Made by a program: the position numbers and the translations under genes
In this document: positions 54,344-63,760 of the stretch, piece after piece
Position numbering within the stretch: the first letter of the stretch is position 1
How the letters are laid out: each line of letters opens with the position of its first letter
Source of the DNA: a virus
Taxonomy: Duplodnaviria > Caudoviricetes
Virus record (IMG/VR): IMGVR_UViG_3300005438_000006
Location: 5,852-69,851 of that record
Length of the DNA stretch: 64,000 bases
Strand: one strand, 5' to 3'
Notes under the pieces: generated by a model
Database searches by the model: none
What the model saw: the letters and a program-made list of their open reading frames with translations, nothing else
Told to the model about the DNA's origin: nothing

Positions 54344-54730
54344 ATGAACACGAACCGACCGGCCTACATCGTGCAGTGCGCCATCTTCGCGCTGCTCATC
54401 ATTGGCTGTCTGGCCTGCGCCACTGCCAAGGGCGCGACCTCCACCCCCACCGCTCACGCCTGCTTCAGGGCTGACCACTGGGGACCGGCACCCGACACCA
54501 TCCGCCCATGCGTGACGCTGAAGGGCAACACGCCTGAAGCCGGGGCGCTGGCCTTCAAGGTGTACGACGCGCGGGGTACCACCCGCTACACGGGGTTCAT
54601 CAATACCCCCTTCCATCGCATCGCCCGCGTGGCCGTGGTCTATCTGGGCGAGGATGGCAGCGTTCAATACTACGTTGCCAACTTCAACGGCCGCCACGTA
54701 CAGGGCACCATCGGCAACTTGGAGGACTGA
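54344..54730 (+). CDS. secreted/membrane-anchored protein
   Basis: N-terminal signal-like hydrophobic segment; GAAAGGA SD. Confidence 0.65.
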   Translation: MNTNRPAYIVQCAIFALLIIGCLACATAKGATSTPTAHACFRADHWGPAPDTIRPCVTLKGNTPEAGALAFKVYDARGTTRYTGFINTPFHRIARVAVVYLGEDGSVQYYVANFNGRHVQGTIGNLED

Positions 54731-54732
54731 GC

Positions 54733-54910
54733 GATGGGTATCCGCATAACGAATACCCGCACTGGCAAGAGCACTGAGGCCAAGGATGGCAAGGACGCGG
54801 CGCTCATGGCGCGCATCGAGCTTGACAGGCGTACCGGGATCGAACTCACTGAGACCGAGCGCAAGGCCGAGATGTCGGAGGAGAACCGCCGGGAAAGGCA
54901 GGCAGCATGA
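54733..54910 (+). CDS. small hypothetical protein
   Basis: Read by hand: MGIRITNTRTGK...RQAA. Confidence 0.5.
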
Positions 54911-55018
54911 AGGGCAAGAGACGTAAGCCAGCTTGGGCGCAGAGCCACCATTCGAAGCCCAAGCGAGTGGGCGGCCGACGTGAGCGGTCGAAGCTCCGGC
55001 AACTCAAGGCCGAGCGCT

Positions 55019-55534
55019 ATGCCTAGCCCCAACAACCCCACGCCGCGGATCATCCTCGCGGCGTGGGGACTGCTCGCCGCCCTCATGCTGTGGATTCCCC
55101 ACACCGCGACGGCCGCGCAGTACCCGCCGCCCGCTGAGGGCTGGGGCGCCGCGATCTGGCACACCGCCGAATCTGTCTACGGCGGGCCGCCGCCGCTCTG
55201 TGGAACGCTCACGGTCGAATACGACCGCGCGCCGGTCTTCCACCCCGGACGGGGCGGGGAGGCCAGCATCCCGGCGAAGCCGGGGACCGAATGTTTCGCC
55301 CACCTAGCGCCGATGCGCCCCGGCGCGGGGGAATATCTCTGCAACGTCACCTTGCACGAGTACGGCCACCTGATGGGACTGGGGCACGTCCCCGACCCGC
55401 ACGCGCTCATGTATGGCGACCCGTGGGCGGAAGCCGCCCCGTGGGAATACGTGGGGCATCCGGCCTGCTGGAAGTTCGGACACTGGCAGCGCTGGCAGTC
55501 ATACCTAGCCAGCGAGCGCGCGGCCGGGGACTAG
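55019..55534 (+). CDS. secreted metzincin (matrixin-like) Zn peptidase
   Basis: Signal peptide; HEYGHLMGLGH (HExxHxxGxxH); Met-turn ALMY. Confidence 0.75.
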   Translation: MPSPNNPTPRIILAAWGLLAALMLWIPHTATAAQYPPPAEGWGAAIWHTAESVYGGPPPLCGTLTVEYDRAPVFHPGRGGEASIPAKPGTECFAHLAPMRPGAGEYLCNVTLHEYGHLMGLGHVPDPHALMYGDPWAEAAPWEYVGHPACWKFGHWQRWQSYLASERAAGD

Positions 55535-55540
55535 CGCCAG

Positions 55541-55583
55541 TGTGACCAACGTCACACACAAACCCGCGCCGCGGCGCTAGTCT
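55541..55583 (+). promoter_or_regulatory. Crp-type box plus -10 (class II geometry)
   Basis: TGTGA-ccaacg-TCACA; TAGTCT at +37. Confidence 0.85.
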
Positions 55584-55589
55584 GTGTCC

Positions 55590-56147
55590 ATGAAGTCAAC
55601 CCCACGAAACGGAGATACCACGATGAAAGCATGTCAAAACTGCGGCGGTACTGAGTGGGTTCGCTGCGAAGACGGGACGGCCTGCGGTAACTGCGGCCTC
55701 CTCCCCTACGTCGAGCCGAGCGCGGAAGAAATCGCGCAATCCGAGCGGGAGGCTGCCGACGCGGGCGATCCCGCCATGCGCAAGCGAAGCGCAGAGCGTA
55801 CCCAATTCCTAGCGGATGTTCTTGTCTCCATCGTGGAGGACGGCGGATACAACGGCTGGCGGCGAATCAAGGCCGGGACGTACCAATACGACCCGCCCGC
55901 CGAGGCGCGAGCCGAGATTTTCTGTATCGGCGACGGCCGACCCGAGGAATACTCAGATCACGACGTGACGTTGGAGACCGTCGCGCAAGGCATCGCCAAG
56001 CTGCAAAGCGGAGACATTCAGGTCAACTCGGAATTGCTCGGCTGGATTCTGGCGGGCAACGCCAAGAACGACGGCGGGGACATCGACGCAGAGGCCGCAG
56101 ACATCATCTTGCAGGCGGCGCTGTTCGGGGAACTCGTCTACGGCTAG
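55590..56147 (+). CDS. hypothetical protein with N-terminal Zn ribbon
   Basis: CQNC...CGNC; the start may be 55590 or 55623. Confidence 0.6.
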   Translation: MKSTPRNGDTTMKACQNCGGTEWVRCEDGTACGNCGLLPYVEPSAEEIAQSEREAADAGDPAMRKRSAERTQFLADVLVSIVEDGGYNGWRRIKAGTYQYDPPAEARAEIFCIGDGRPEEYSDHDVTLETVAQGIAKLQSGDIQVNSELLGWILAGNAKNDGGDIDAEAADIILQAALFGELVYG

Positions 56148-56190
56148 TGTGACCAACGTCACAGACGGCGCGGGCGATCCGCGCTAGGGT
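56148..56190 (+). promoter_or_regulatory. Crp-type box plus -10
   Basis: TGTGA-ccaacg-TCACA; TAGGGT at +37. Confidence 0.85.
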
Positions 56191-56223
56191 ACTGGAAACG
56201 TCACTCGTACGAAAGGAATCAAA

Positions 56224-56589
56224 ATGCAGCGAGAGCTTTTGAACAATTGGCTGGAGGCGCTTCGATCCGGCAAGTACCCGCAGACGGTCGGCGTAATGCG
56301 CGGCCTGCTGCACGAGGATGACGACGGCACGCCGTTGGACGAGCCGAAAATGGGTTACTGCTGCTTAGGCGTCCTCTGTGACGTGGTCGATCCGAAAGGA
56401 TGGGAGAACGAGGAAAGCGGCGATCACGCGCTTGAATCCGATACCGAGGCGTACCTACGCCCGTCAGCGTTGGAGACGGTCGGCCTGACGGACACGGTGC
56501 AGCGCGAGTTGGCGACCATGAATGACGACGGCGCACCGTTCACGGAGATTGCCGACCAGATCGAGGAGAGCGTCAAGGCGACGGACTAG
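56224..56589 (+). CDS. conserved phage hypothetical protein
   Basis: WLEALRSGKYPQT...YCCLGVLCD...MNDDG.PF.EIAD pattern. Confidence 0.7.
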   Translation: MQRELLNNWLEALRSGKYPQTVGVMRGLLHEDDDGTPLDEPKMGYCCLGVLCDVVDPKGWENEESGDHALESDTEAYLRPSALETVGLTDTVQRELATMNDDGAPFTEIADQIEESVKATD

Positions 56590-56717
56590 GCCACGCGGGA
56601 GCGCTACGGCGCTCCCCGCTAAGCCGCAGAGTTTCCCCGGACGATTCGACCGGCGAGCGCTCCAGCGGCTTAGCGGGGAATCCTCCCCACGAATCAACGC
56701 GAAAGGAATCTCATACA

Positions 56718-58264
56718 ATGAGCACCTACTACGGAAGACTTCAAGGCAACCGGGGCGGCGTCACCCGCTGCGGTAGCGCGTCGTCTGGCATCCGCGCCAG
56801 CGTGGAGGTCACGGACAAGCACGGCAACCAGACCGGCCTACGGTTTGACATCGACGCGGACGGCCTAGCGCGCTTCGCCCGTGGTGGCGGAGTCGGCGGG
56901 GAGTACGGCGGCGACGATGTCGAAACCACGGCTCGGCTAGACGAGATACGCGAGGACATCGACGCCGGAATGCGCGAGGCGGCCGAGCGGATCAACGCGG
57001 CGCTGAAGCTGGAAGCCGAACTGGAAGACGGGGCAGAACTGTGAACCGCTGGGTAGACAGAGAAATAACGAGCATTGAGCGGCTGTCCTGCACCGTCAAC
57101 GGAAACCCGCGCTTCAAGATCGGCCTTGACGGGGAGACGTACGTTACGTCCTCTGACGCGGCATTCTGTTATGAGGTCGGAAACCCCGGCTACCGTTGCG
57201 GCTCACATGTACGCGTGCAGTTCACGCGGGCGGAGCGGATTGCCAATATGGAAACTAAGGAGTTCGGATGATCGACGGCCGCCAGATCAAAGCAGGGGAG
57301 GTAGAGGAGGGCAACGAGATTTTGCTCACGGCCTCCCCCGAGCGCTGGGGCGTAGTCGAAGACGCGCGCACACTCCCGGACACGTCAGGATCGAAGTCTG
57401 CGGACTGGCGACGCGCCATCCCGCAGACCAGACTGTGACGGTAGCCGCATGATCGGGCTACTGGAACGCTACCTGTTCGGTCCCCCGACGCCGCTACCGC
57501 TTGCCGGTTGGGTCTGCGCCAATCCCGCCTGCCGGGAACCGCTGAACACCGCGCAGAGCGTCCACCGTCACGGCCGCTTGCTGTACTGCGGTCGATGCGG
57601 AAGGCGGAGCGGATGACGCCCCGCACCTACCCCGGCCGCGACAAGGCGCGCCTGATTCGCCGGGCGAAGTCGATCCAGCGGCATCACGCGAACCCCGCGA
57701 ACGAACGCGCTCATTGCTGCGATGCGCCCGACCACGTCGAGCAGCGCAACTCCAGCGGCTTGGCGACGCTCTGCCGCAACTGTGGGGCGGTTGTCTGATG
57801 CACGCGCGAGCCGGAAGACAGCGCCGCCGTCCAACTGACGGACGCTCAGTCTGGGCGTTCGGCGGACGCGCTGGATACTGGCCTTGCCTGCGGGCGTTCT
57901 TCGCCAAGTTCGATTTCGGGCCGGTCTTCGTTGAGTTGTGTCTAGGGGGCAAGACTGCCCCGCCTTGGTGGAAGGAGGCTTGACCATGAACCGCTACAGT
58001 ATGCGAGTGCCAACGCTCGCGGAAACCTGCGCCGACTTCATCGGGCCGCTGAATCCCCACGTCGGCCGGTTCGTGCGCGTCCACCGTCACGAGCGCGGCC
58101 CACGCGTCTACCTCGCAGGACGGCGCATCCACCACGGACCCGCGTTCGGCCTCGCCGCGATCCTCTGCTGGCGCGGACGCTGGCGGCGCTTGGCAATCGC
58201 TCTGGGTGCATACGCGGCCACCGACTACAGGGATTTCCCGTTCACCGACAAATGCAACCATTGA
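56718..58264 (+). CDS. run of small early ORFs (56718-57044, 57041-57271, 57268-57452, then further short coupled ORFs to 58264)
   Basis: GAAAGGA SD and ATGA/GTGA overlaps; the boundaries of the later ORFs are uncertain. Confidence 0.45.
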
Positions 58265-58271
58265 GCTATCC

Positions 58272-58400
58272 ATGATGCAATCGTGTCCACACTGCGGAAG
58301 TACCGACATCGTCGCCGTTGAGCTATCCGAGGAGGAGCGCGACTGTCTATATGAGTGCGAAGACTGCGAGGAGCAATTCAACGGCGACGAGTTTGTGTGA
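58272..58400 (+). CDS. small Zn-ribbon protein
   Basis: CPHCGS...CEDC. Confidence 0.55.
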   Translation: MMQSCPHCGSTDIVAVELSEEERDCLYECEDCEEQFNGDEFV

Positions 58401-58438
58401 CGAAGCTCACACACGACAACCCCACAAACTGATAGCCT
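58396..58438 (+). promoter_or_regulatory. Crp-type box plus -10
   Basis: TGTGA-cgaagc-TCACA; TAGCCT at +37. Confidence 0.85.
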
Positions 58439-58467
58439 GAGCTATCCACTAGGAAAGGAAACTGAGA

Positions 58468-58749
58468 ATGCGAACTTGGAAGCGGCAACCCCCTTGGAAA
58501 GTCACGGCCTTCTACCTTGACCGCCCGCCATACGATCCGAAATTCGGCAGTCTGCGCTGGGCGAGCAGCTTTGAGACGCGCGACCTGAGCGGCAATATCT
58601 TGATGCGCGAATTCGCGAAGACGAGCCCCGCACCTGGGCGCTATCTCCTAGTAGGCGGTCCTGGGCCTGTGGACAACGTCAACCCGGTTATCGTGAAGGT
58701 CGAACCAAAACGCTGTAAGGTTCGCGTCAATTTCGATAATCCCTGCTGA
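58468..58749 (+). CDS. hypothetical protein
   Basis: GAAAGGA SD. Confidence 0.55.
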   Translation: MRTWKRQPPWKVTAFYLDRPPYDPKFGSLRWASSFETRDLSGNILMREFAKTSPAPGRYLLVGGPGPVDNVNPVIVKVEPKRCKVRVNFDNPC

Positions 58750-58933
58750 GCTATCCATGCACGCGCGCCGAGACAAACAACGAACGCGTCCCCGCGACGG
58801 GCGCCCGGTCTGGGCGTTCGGGATTAGGGCGGGCTACTGGCCTTGTCTCGGCGCGCTGTTCGTCAAGGTCGATTGCGGCCCGATCTTCGCTGAGTTCGTC
58901 ATCGGCCATCGTCGGCCACCGTGGTGGGAATAG

Positions 58934-58976
58934 TGTGACGAACGTCACACACAAACTTCAACCAAGCTGTTAGCAT
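58934..58976 (+). promoter_or_regulatory. Crp-type box plus -10
   Basis: TGTGA-cgaacg-TCACA; TAGCAT at +37. Confidence 0.85.
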
Positions 58977-59020
58977 CGAGCTATCCCAAAAGTAAACGAC
59001 CCCCCCCCTAGCGGGGAGGA

Positions 59021-59545
59021 ATGGAGGGCATACATATGAGGAAGCAGCACGATTTCAAGGTCGGTGACAAAATCAAGCGTTACGATGGCGTCACGGCCAC
59101 GGTCGAAAGGATCGACCCGTCCTGCAACAACGTCTACGCCAAGGATTTCTCCAATGGCCGCCGCGACGGCGAGGAAATCTACGCGGTTGGCGACTGGCGG
59201 GTTGTGGCATCCACTCCGGCCGCCACGACCACTGCTCGCGATTTCGTGGACCACTACGACAAGTTTGAGGTCACGATTCTGCGGGACACGTCGGGGAGTG
59301 ACGCGTTCGCTCTGAGCGACAGCTTCGGCGCCCGCTTCGTTCATCGCGCGACGGTGGACAAGCGCGGTCAGGGGCTGTCCTACCCGACGCAGGTACGCGA
59401 GTATCTGGAGGAGGTCGGTCAGACGCTGGACGTTCCCGGCAAATACATCGCCATCGCGGTCTACGGCGACAATGACACGATTTGCGCCAAGTTCTCAACC
59501 GAAAAGATTGAGCAACCCATCGCAGTCAACTTCGACGCCGCCTAA
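59021..59545 (+). CDS. hypothetical protein
   Basis: ORF downstream of a boxed promoter. Confidence 0.6.
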   Translation: MEGIHMRKQHDFKVGDKIKRYDGVTATVERIDPSCNNVYAKDFSNGRRDGEEIYAVGDWRVVASTPAATTTARDFVDHYDKFEVTILRDTSGSDAFALSDSFGARFVHRATVDKRGQGLSYPTQVREYLEEVGQTLDVPGKYIAIAVYGDNDTICAKFSTEKIEQPIAVNFDAA

Positions 59546-59560
59546 TCGCCGCCCGGCGTG

Positions 59561-59603
59561 TGTGACCAACGTCACACACGCCGGGTAATCAAACTGCTAG
59601 TGT
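59561..59603 (+). promoter_or_regulatory. Crp-type box plus -10 (rIIA/B promoter)
   Basis: TGTGA-ccaacg-TCACA; TAGTGT at +37. Confidence 0.85.
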
Positions 59604-59646
59604 CCAGTTATCGAATCGAAACCGAGTGAAAGGAATCTGACCCCAC

Positions 59647-61713
59647 ATGATCCCCGAGCGAACCGCAATCGAGGTAACGTCCACCGTGAAGGGCGAGGAC
59701 GTGGCGATGACGATTGACGAGGCCGCCATTCAGCATCTCATGAACGTGCTGACCGACCTCTACGAAGACCCGCTGCTGGCTGTCATTCGTGAGTACAGCA
59801 CGAACGCGTGGGACTCGCACGTCGAAGCCGGACAGACGAAGCCGATTGAGGTTTCCACGCCTACCGACCTGCGCCCGCTGTTCACGGTGCGCGACTACGG
59901 GGTTGGCCTGAGCGCTGAGGACATCCGCAACATCTACAGCCGCTACGGCGCCAGCACGAAGCGCGCCTCAAACGATGCGGTCGGGATGCTCGGCCTTGGC
60001 TGCAAGTCGGCGCTCGCCTACTGCGACCAGTTCACCCTCTGCGGGATCAAGGACGGCAACCGCATTCTCGTCTCCATCGCACGCGACGAAACCGGCGCGG
60101 GCACGATGACGGTTCTGGAGTCGGGCGAGACTGACGAGCCAAACGGGGTTGAAATCTCCATCCCCGCCAGCGCCGACAGTGAGTTTGAGGCCAAAGCGGC
60201 CGATTTCTTCGCCTACTGGCAGCCGGGTTCGGTCCTGCTGAACGGCCAGCCGCCCGCCGAACTCGCGGGCTACCGCGTGGGCGACTACATCGTGGCCGAC
60301 CGCGTCCGTAACGCGTGGGACGCGAGCGGGCGGCACGACTACCGGCCGCTGACCATCGTTATGGGGAACGTCAGCTACCCGCCACCGGATGGCTTCCAGA
60401 GCGATGCGGTGGACTCCCTGCCCGCCGACAAGCGGCTTGTCGTCACCGTCCCCATCGGCGCGGTCCACTTCACGCCTTCGCGAGAGGGCTTGCAGGACTC
60501 AGACCGCACGCGTGCAGCTATCCACGCGGCGCTGGAGGATTTCCAGAGCGAGGTCGCGGCAGCCGTGAAGGATGCCATCGAGGGTGCGCCCGACCGCCCC
60601 GCTGCCGCTCGCGCGTTGATCGAAGCTCGCGCGGCGTTCGGGAAGGCCAACGTCTTGGAGTTGGAGTGGCAGGGCGAGGAGATTCCCGTTGTCCTCTCCG
60701 CCGAAGACTTGGCGCCCATCGTGGAAGACGAAGGAAAGAAAGAACACGCGGCGCAACTGTGGGCGGCGAAGGTAGTCAGCGGCTACCGCGGCGGCCAGTC
60801 GCATCGCTACCCGGCCGGGCAAATCACGCTGGACGATGCCGGAAAGAACCCGTGGATTCTCGGCTACTCAAACAGCAAATGGACGGCCGCCCAGCGGCGC
60901 AAGTTCCAGCGCTACCTTGAACACCATGAGCTACACGAGAATCCCTCGCAGGCCACGTTCTTTATTACGGATGGCAGCGCCGTTCCGCGTACGGAGTGGC
61001 TTGGCGGTGCCGTGACTGCCGTCACCTGGCAGACGGTTCGCGAGTGGAAAGACCCGGTTGCCAAGAGCGCAGGCGGAGTGGGCGGCGTCTCCTACGCGGG
61101 CACCTACCCGACCTACTACAGCGGTTGGCGGACGCATGGCAAATTCCCCGCCAGCGAGTTGGCCGAACTCCCGCAGCGCAAGGTCTTCTACGTCGAAGGC
61201 GAAAAGTGGAGCGAGCGCGCGCAAGCGGTTGCCGCCGCGCTGGACCCGGACTGTCACGTCGTCTGCCTGTCTCCCACGCGAGCAGCCAAGTTCAAGCGGA
61301 CGTTCCCAGAAGTCAGAGATGGCATTCCCGTCGCGCGCAAGGCCATCAAAGGCAGGATGCGTCAGCTATCCGATCTGGAGCGGGCCGCGCTCGCGCTGGA
61401 AGGCGGATGGTGGCGGCCGAACTCCATCCTCTCCCACATCGACCCCGACGAACTGAACGATCCAGAGCTAGCCCGCGCGGCGGCCATCTTCCGCATCATC
61501 GACGCGGGCGAACTGCGGTCGCGGACTGAGGAATGGTTCCCGCTCGTGGACCGGCCGACTGAGGAGGAGACCGATACGGAAAATATCCGCGAAGTCTTGA
61601 ATCCGTACGCGTTACTCGATAGCATCTCTACCTATGAAGCGAGAGCCAAGCTGGATCATGTCGTGCTGTACGCAAACGCGGTCTACGCCGCCAATCAGAA
61701 TGAGGAGGACTAA
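59647..61713 (+). CDS. rIIA: rIIA-like protein (GHKL/HSP90-type ATPase N-domain)
   Basis: LYEDPLLAVIREYSTNAWDSH, VRDYGVGLS, YGASTKR, GMLGLGCKS. Confidence 0.88.
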   Translation: MIPERTAIEVTSTVKGEDVAMTIDEAAIQHLMNVLTDLYEDPLLAVIREYSTNAWDSHVEAGQTKPIEVSTPTDLRPLFTVRDYGVGLSAEDIRNIYSRYGASTKRASNDAVGMLGLGCKSALAYCDQFTLCGIKDGNRILVSIARDETGAGTMTVLESGETDEPNGVEISIPASADSEFEAKAADFFAYWQPGSVLLNGQPPAELAGYRVGDYIVADRVRNAWDASGRHDYRPLTIVMGNVSYPPPDGFQSDAVDSLPADKRLVVTVPIGAVHFTPSREGLQDSDRTRAAIHAALEDFQSEVAAAVKDAIEGAPDRPAAARALIEARAAFGKANVLELEWQGEEIPVVLSAEDLAPIVEDEGKKEHAAQLWAAKVVSGYRGGQSHRYPAGQITLDDAGKNPWILGYSNSKWTAAQRRKFQRYLEHHELHENPSQATFFITDGSAVPRTEWLGGAVTAVTWQTVREWKDPVAKSAGGVGGVSYAGTYPTYYSGWRTHGKFPASELAELPQRKVFYVEGEKWSERAQAVAAALDPDCHVVCLSPTRAAKFKRTFPEVRDGIPVARKAIKGRMRQLSDLERAALALEGGWWRPNSILSHIDPDELNDPELARAAAIFRIIDAGELRSRTEEWFPLVDRPTEEETDTENIREVLNPYALLDSISTYEARAKLDHVVLYANAVYAANQNEED

Positions 61714-61715
61714 CC

Positions 61716-62918
61716 ATGTATCCGATTCACCACGTTAAACGCGAGAGCGGCGCAGAGAGCTTGACGGTATTCATGCCGGACGGGCCGCCTGTAGTCGTTA
61801 ATCACGAGCACCCCCACTTCGCCAAGATTCTGGAGTACGCGATGGCGGGCGAGGGCAGCGTCACGGTCTACGGCGCTGAGGAGATTCGCGACCTGGCCGA
61901 CCTGAGCGGCAAGGTAGCGGAGCGCTTCGACACGCTGAGCGAGCGCGTCTCGGTTGCGGCCGGGCACGTCTACTTCGACGGCGACAAGGTCGATTCGACC
62001 ATTACCCAACAGATCATCCGCTGTCTGGAAGACGAGGACGCCGGAGACTGGAAGCCGCTCGTCCTGTTCATGGAGAATGTGGCGGCGAACCCGAATCCGC
62101 ATTCGCGCGAGCAGCTTTTCGACTGGTTGCGGGACCGCGATTTCACGATCACGTCGGATGGCTGCTTCATCGCCTTCAAGGGTGTCCACGCCCGCGACGG
62201 CGAAGCTGAGGATGGCTATCCGTATCAGTCGGCCAGCCGGGGCGCGGCCATCGTTGACGGCCAGCCGTACAGCGGCGCGATTCCCAACGGCGTCGGCGCG
62301 GTGGTCGAGATGCCGCGCGGCGACGTGCAGCACAACCCGTCCGCTGGATGCTCAACCGGCCTCCACGTCGGCACGCACAACTACGCCCAGAGCTACGCGC
62401 GGGCGGCCCTGCTGACCGTTCACGTCAACCCGCGTGACGTTGTGTCGGTCCCGACCGACTGCAACGCCGAAAAGATGCGCGTCTGCCGCTACCGCGTACA
62501 GGATGACGATCCGACTCCCCCGGAGGAGGCGGCAGCCATCGACTACGGCGAGGAGGTTGACGAGTCGCCTGAGTCAGAGGGACGGCGGCTCTATCCGGCC
62601 CTGAACGGTGCCTGCACTCCCGAGTATGAGGGTAAGGACTGGTTCGTCGCCACCGGCGAGAGGGGCGACTGCGGCGGCAAGTTCTACCTGCATGATGAAC
62701 AGGCGGTCTACGGCTACGTCGGTGGAGGTAACGAAATCATCCTCGTGCCGACTGAGCCGCAGCACGGCGACGAAAAGGTGGAGAACGGCAAAGTCCACTT
62801 CTACCTTGACGATCCTGTGTCGTCGCGCGAAACCAAGGGCGCGCACTGGGTTCCCGCAGACGGTAGGACGCGGGCTGAGTTCATCGACGCCCACAAAGGC
62901 TGCTTCGGGAAAAGCTGA
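61716..62918 (+). CDS. rIIB: rIIB-like protein
   Basis: ITSDGCFIAFKGV, CSTGLHVG, VNPRDVVSVPTD, KMRVCRY. Confidence 0.88.
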   Translation: MYPIHHVKRESGAESLTVFMPDGPPVVVNHEHPHFAKILEYAMAGEGSVTVYGAEEIRDLADLSGKVAERFDTLSERVSVAAGHVYFDGDKVDSTITQQIIRCLEDEDAGDWKPLVLFMENVAANPNPHSREQLFDWLRDRDFTITSDGCFIAFKGVHARDGEAEDGYPYQSASRGAAIVDGQPYSGAIPNGVGAVVEMPRGDVQHNPSAGCSTGLHVGTHNYAQSYARAALLTVHVNPRDVVSVPTDCNAEKMRVCRYRVQDDDPTPPEEAAAIDYGEEVDESPESEGRRLYPALNGACTPEYEGKDWFVATGERGDCGGKFYLHDEQAVYGYVGGGNEIILVPTEPQHGDEKVENGKVHFYLDDPVSSRETKGAHWVPADGRTRAEFIDAHKGCFGKS

Positions 62919-62939
62919 CGGGGGTCAGACGGCGCCGTG

Positions 62940-62982
62940 TGTGACCAACATCACACACGGCGCCACAAACTTCTGATACATT
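62940..62982 (+). promoter_or_regulatory. Crp-type box plus -10
   Basis: TGTGA-ccaaca-TCACA; TACATT at +37. Confidence 0.85.
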
Positions 62983-63156
62983 AACTGCACTTGACCGGGG
63001 CACTCTCCCACAAAGCGAGAGTCACACAGGCAGCGCCCGCCCCGCGAATAACGAAGTGACTAGACCGGCCGATCAAGCGACGGACTAGGGCTGGCGGAGA
63101 GGCCGAATACAGCGCCTCTCCGCCACACAGAAAACAAAGCGAGAGAGGAGGATGCG

Positions 63157-63759
63157 ATGACCCAGAAGCAGAAGCAGGCCAAATACGCCGCCGAACACCG
63201 ACATATGCGCGACCGTCTGCTGGACATCTACGCTGGCACTGACGCTGACACGCGCCAAGCCGGGCGGCTCTGGTACCCGTCTGCGGAAGGCGTCATCGCA
63301 TCCCTTTCTGACTCGCACGGGATCGGGCGGCCGAGGGTGGCGGGCATTGTCGCCGTCCTCTCGCCGCAACAGCGCTGGCGGACGAACGTTCGCAGCGCCC
63401 GCGCGATGCTGGAGGGCGAGGACTGGCTGGCCGCCGGGTACGCGCAGAACCGCGATAAGGCGCGGGCGCTGCTGGAGGGGGCGCCGGTCCTCGCCGTAGT
63501 CGGCGGAGACAAGGTGACGAGCTTTTGGGCCAACCTGATTGGCTCGCGTACGGCGGTGACGGTGGACGTGTGGGCGCAGCGCGCCGCGCTGGGCCGCCAC
63601 CATCCGCATCAACCGAAGGGTGCGCGTTATCGGCGCATCGTCAACGCTTACCGGGCGGCCGCCGCGAAGGTCGGCGAGTTGCCGCGCGAGTTCCAAGCCA
63701 TCGTCTGGCTGGGTACGCGCCCCGCTGCCGAACACGACCGCGATTGGAGGGAAAATTAA
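63157..63759 (+). CDS. conserved phage protein (helical, glycosylase-like family; function unknown)
   Basis: WYPSA, AVLSPQQRWRTN, KVTSF, VTVDVWA, AYRAAA, QAIVW. Confidence 0.65.
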   Translation: MTQKQKQAKYAAEHRHMRDRLLDIYAGTDADTRQAGRLWYPSAEGVIASLSDSHGIGRPRVAGIVAVLSPQQRWRTNVRSARAMLEGEDWLAAGYAQNRDKARALLEGAPVLAVVGGDKVTSFWANLIGSRTAVTVDVWAQRAALGRHHPHQPKGARYRRIVNAYRAAAAKVGELPREFQAIVWLGTRPAAEHDRDWREN

Positions 63760-63760
63760 C

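Noticed and set aside
53100-59600. CRISPR array or diversity-generating retroelement suggested by recurring repeats
   Set aside because: The repeats are tRNA arms and promoter boxes with irregular gene-sized spacing. There are no cas or reverse transcriptase genes and no TR/VR pair.
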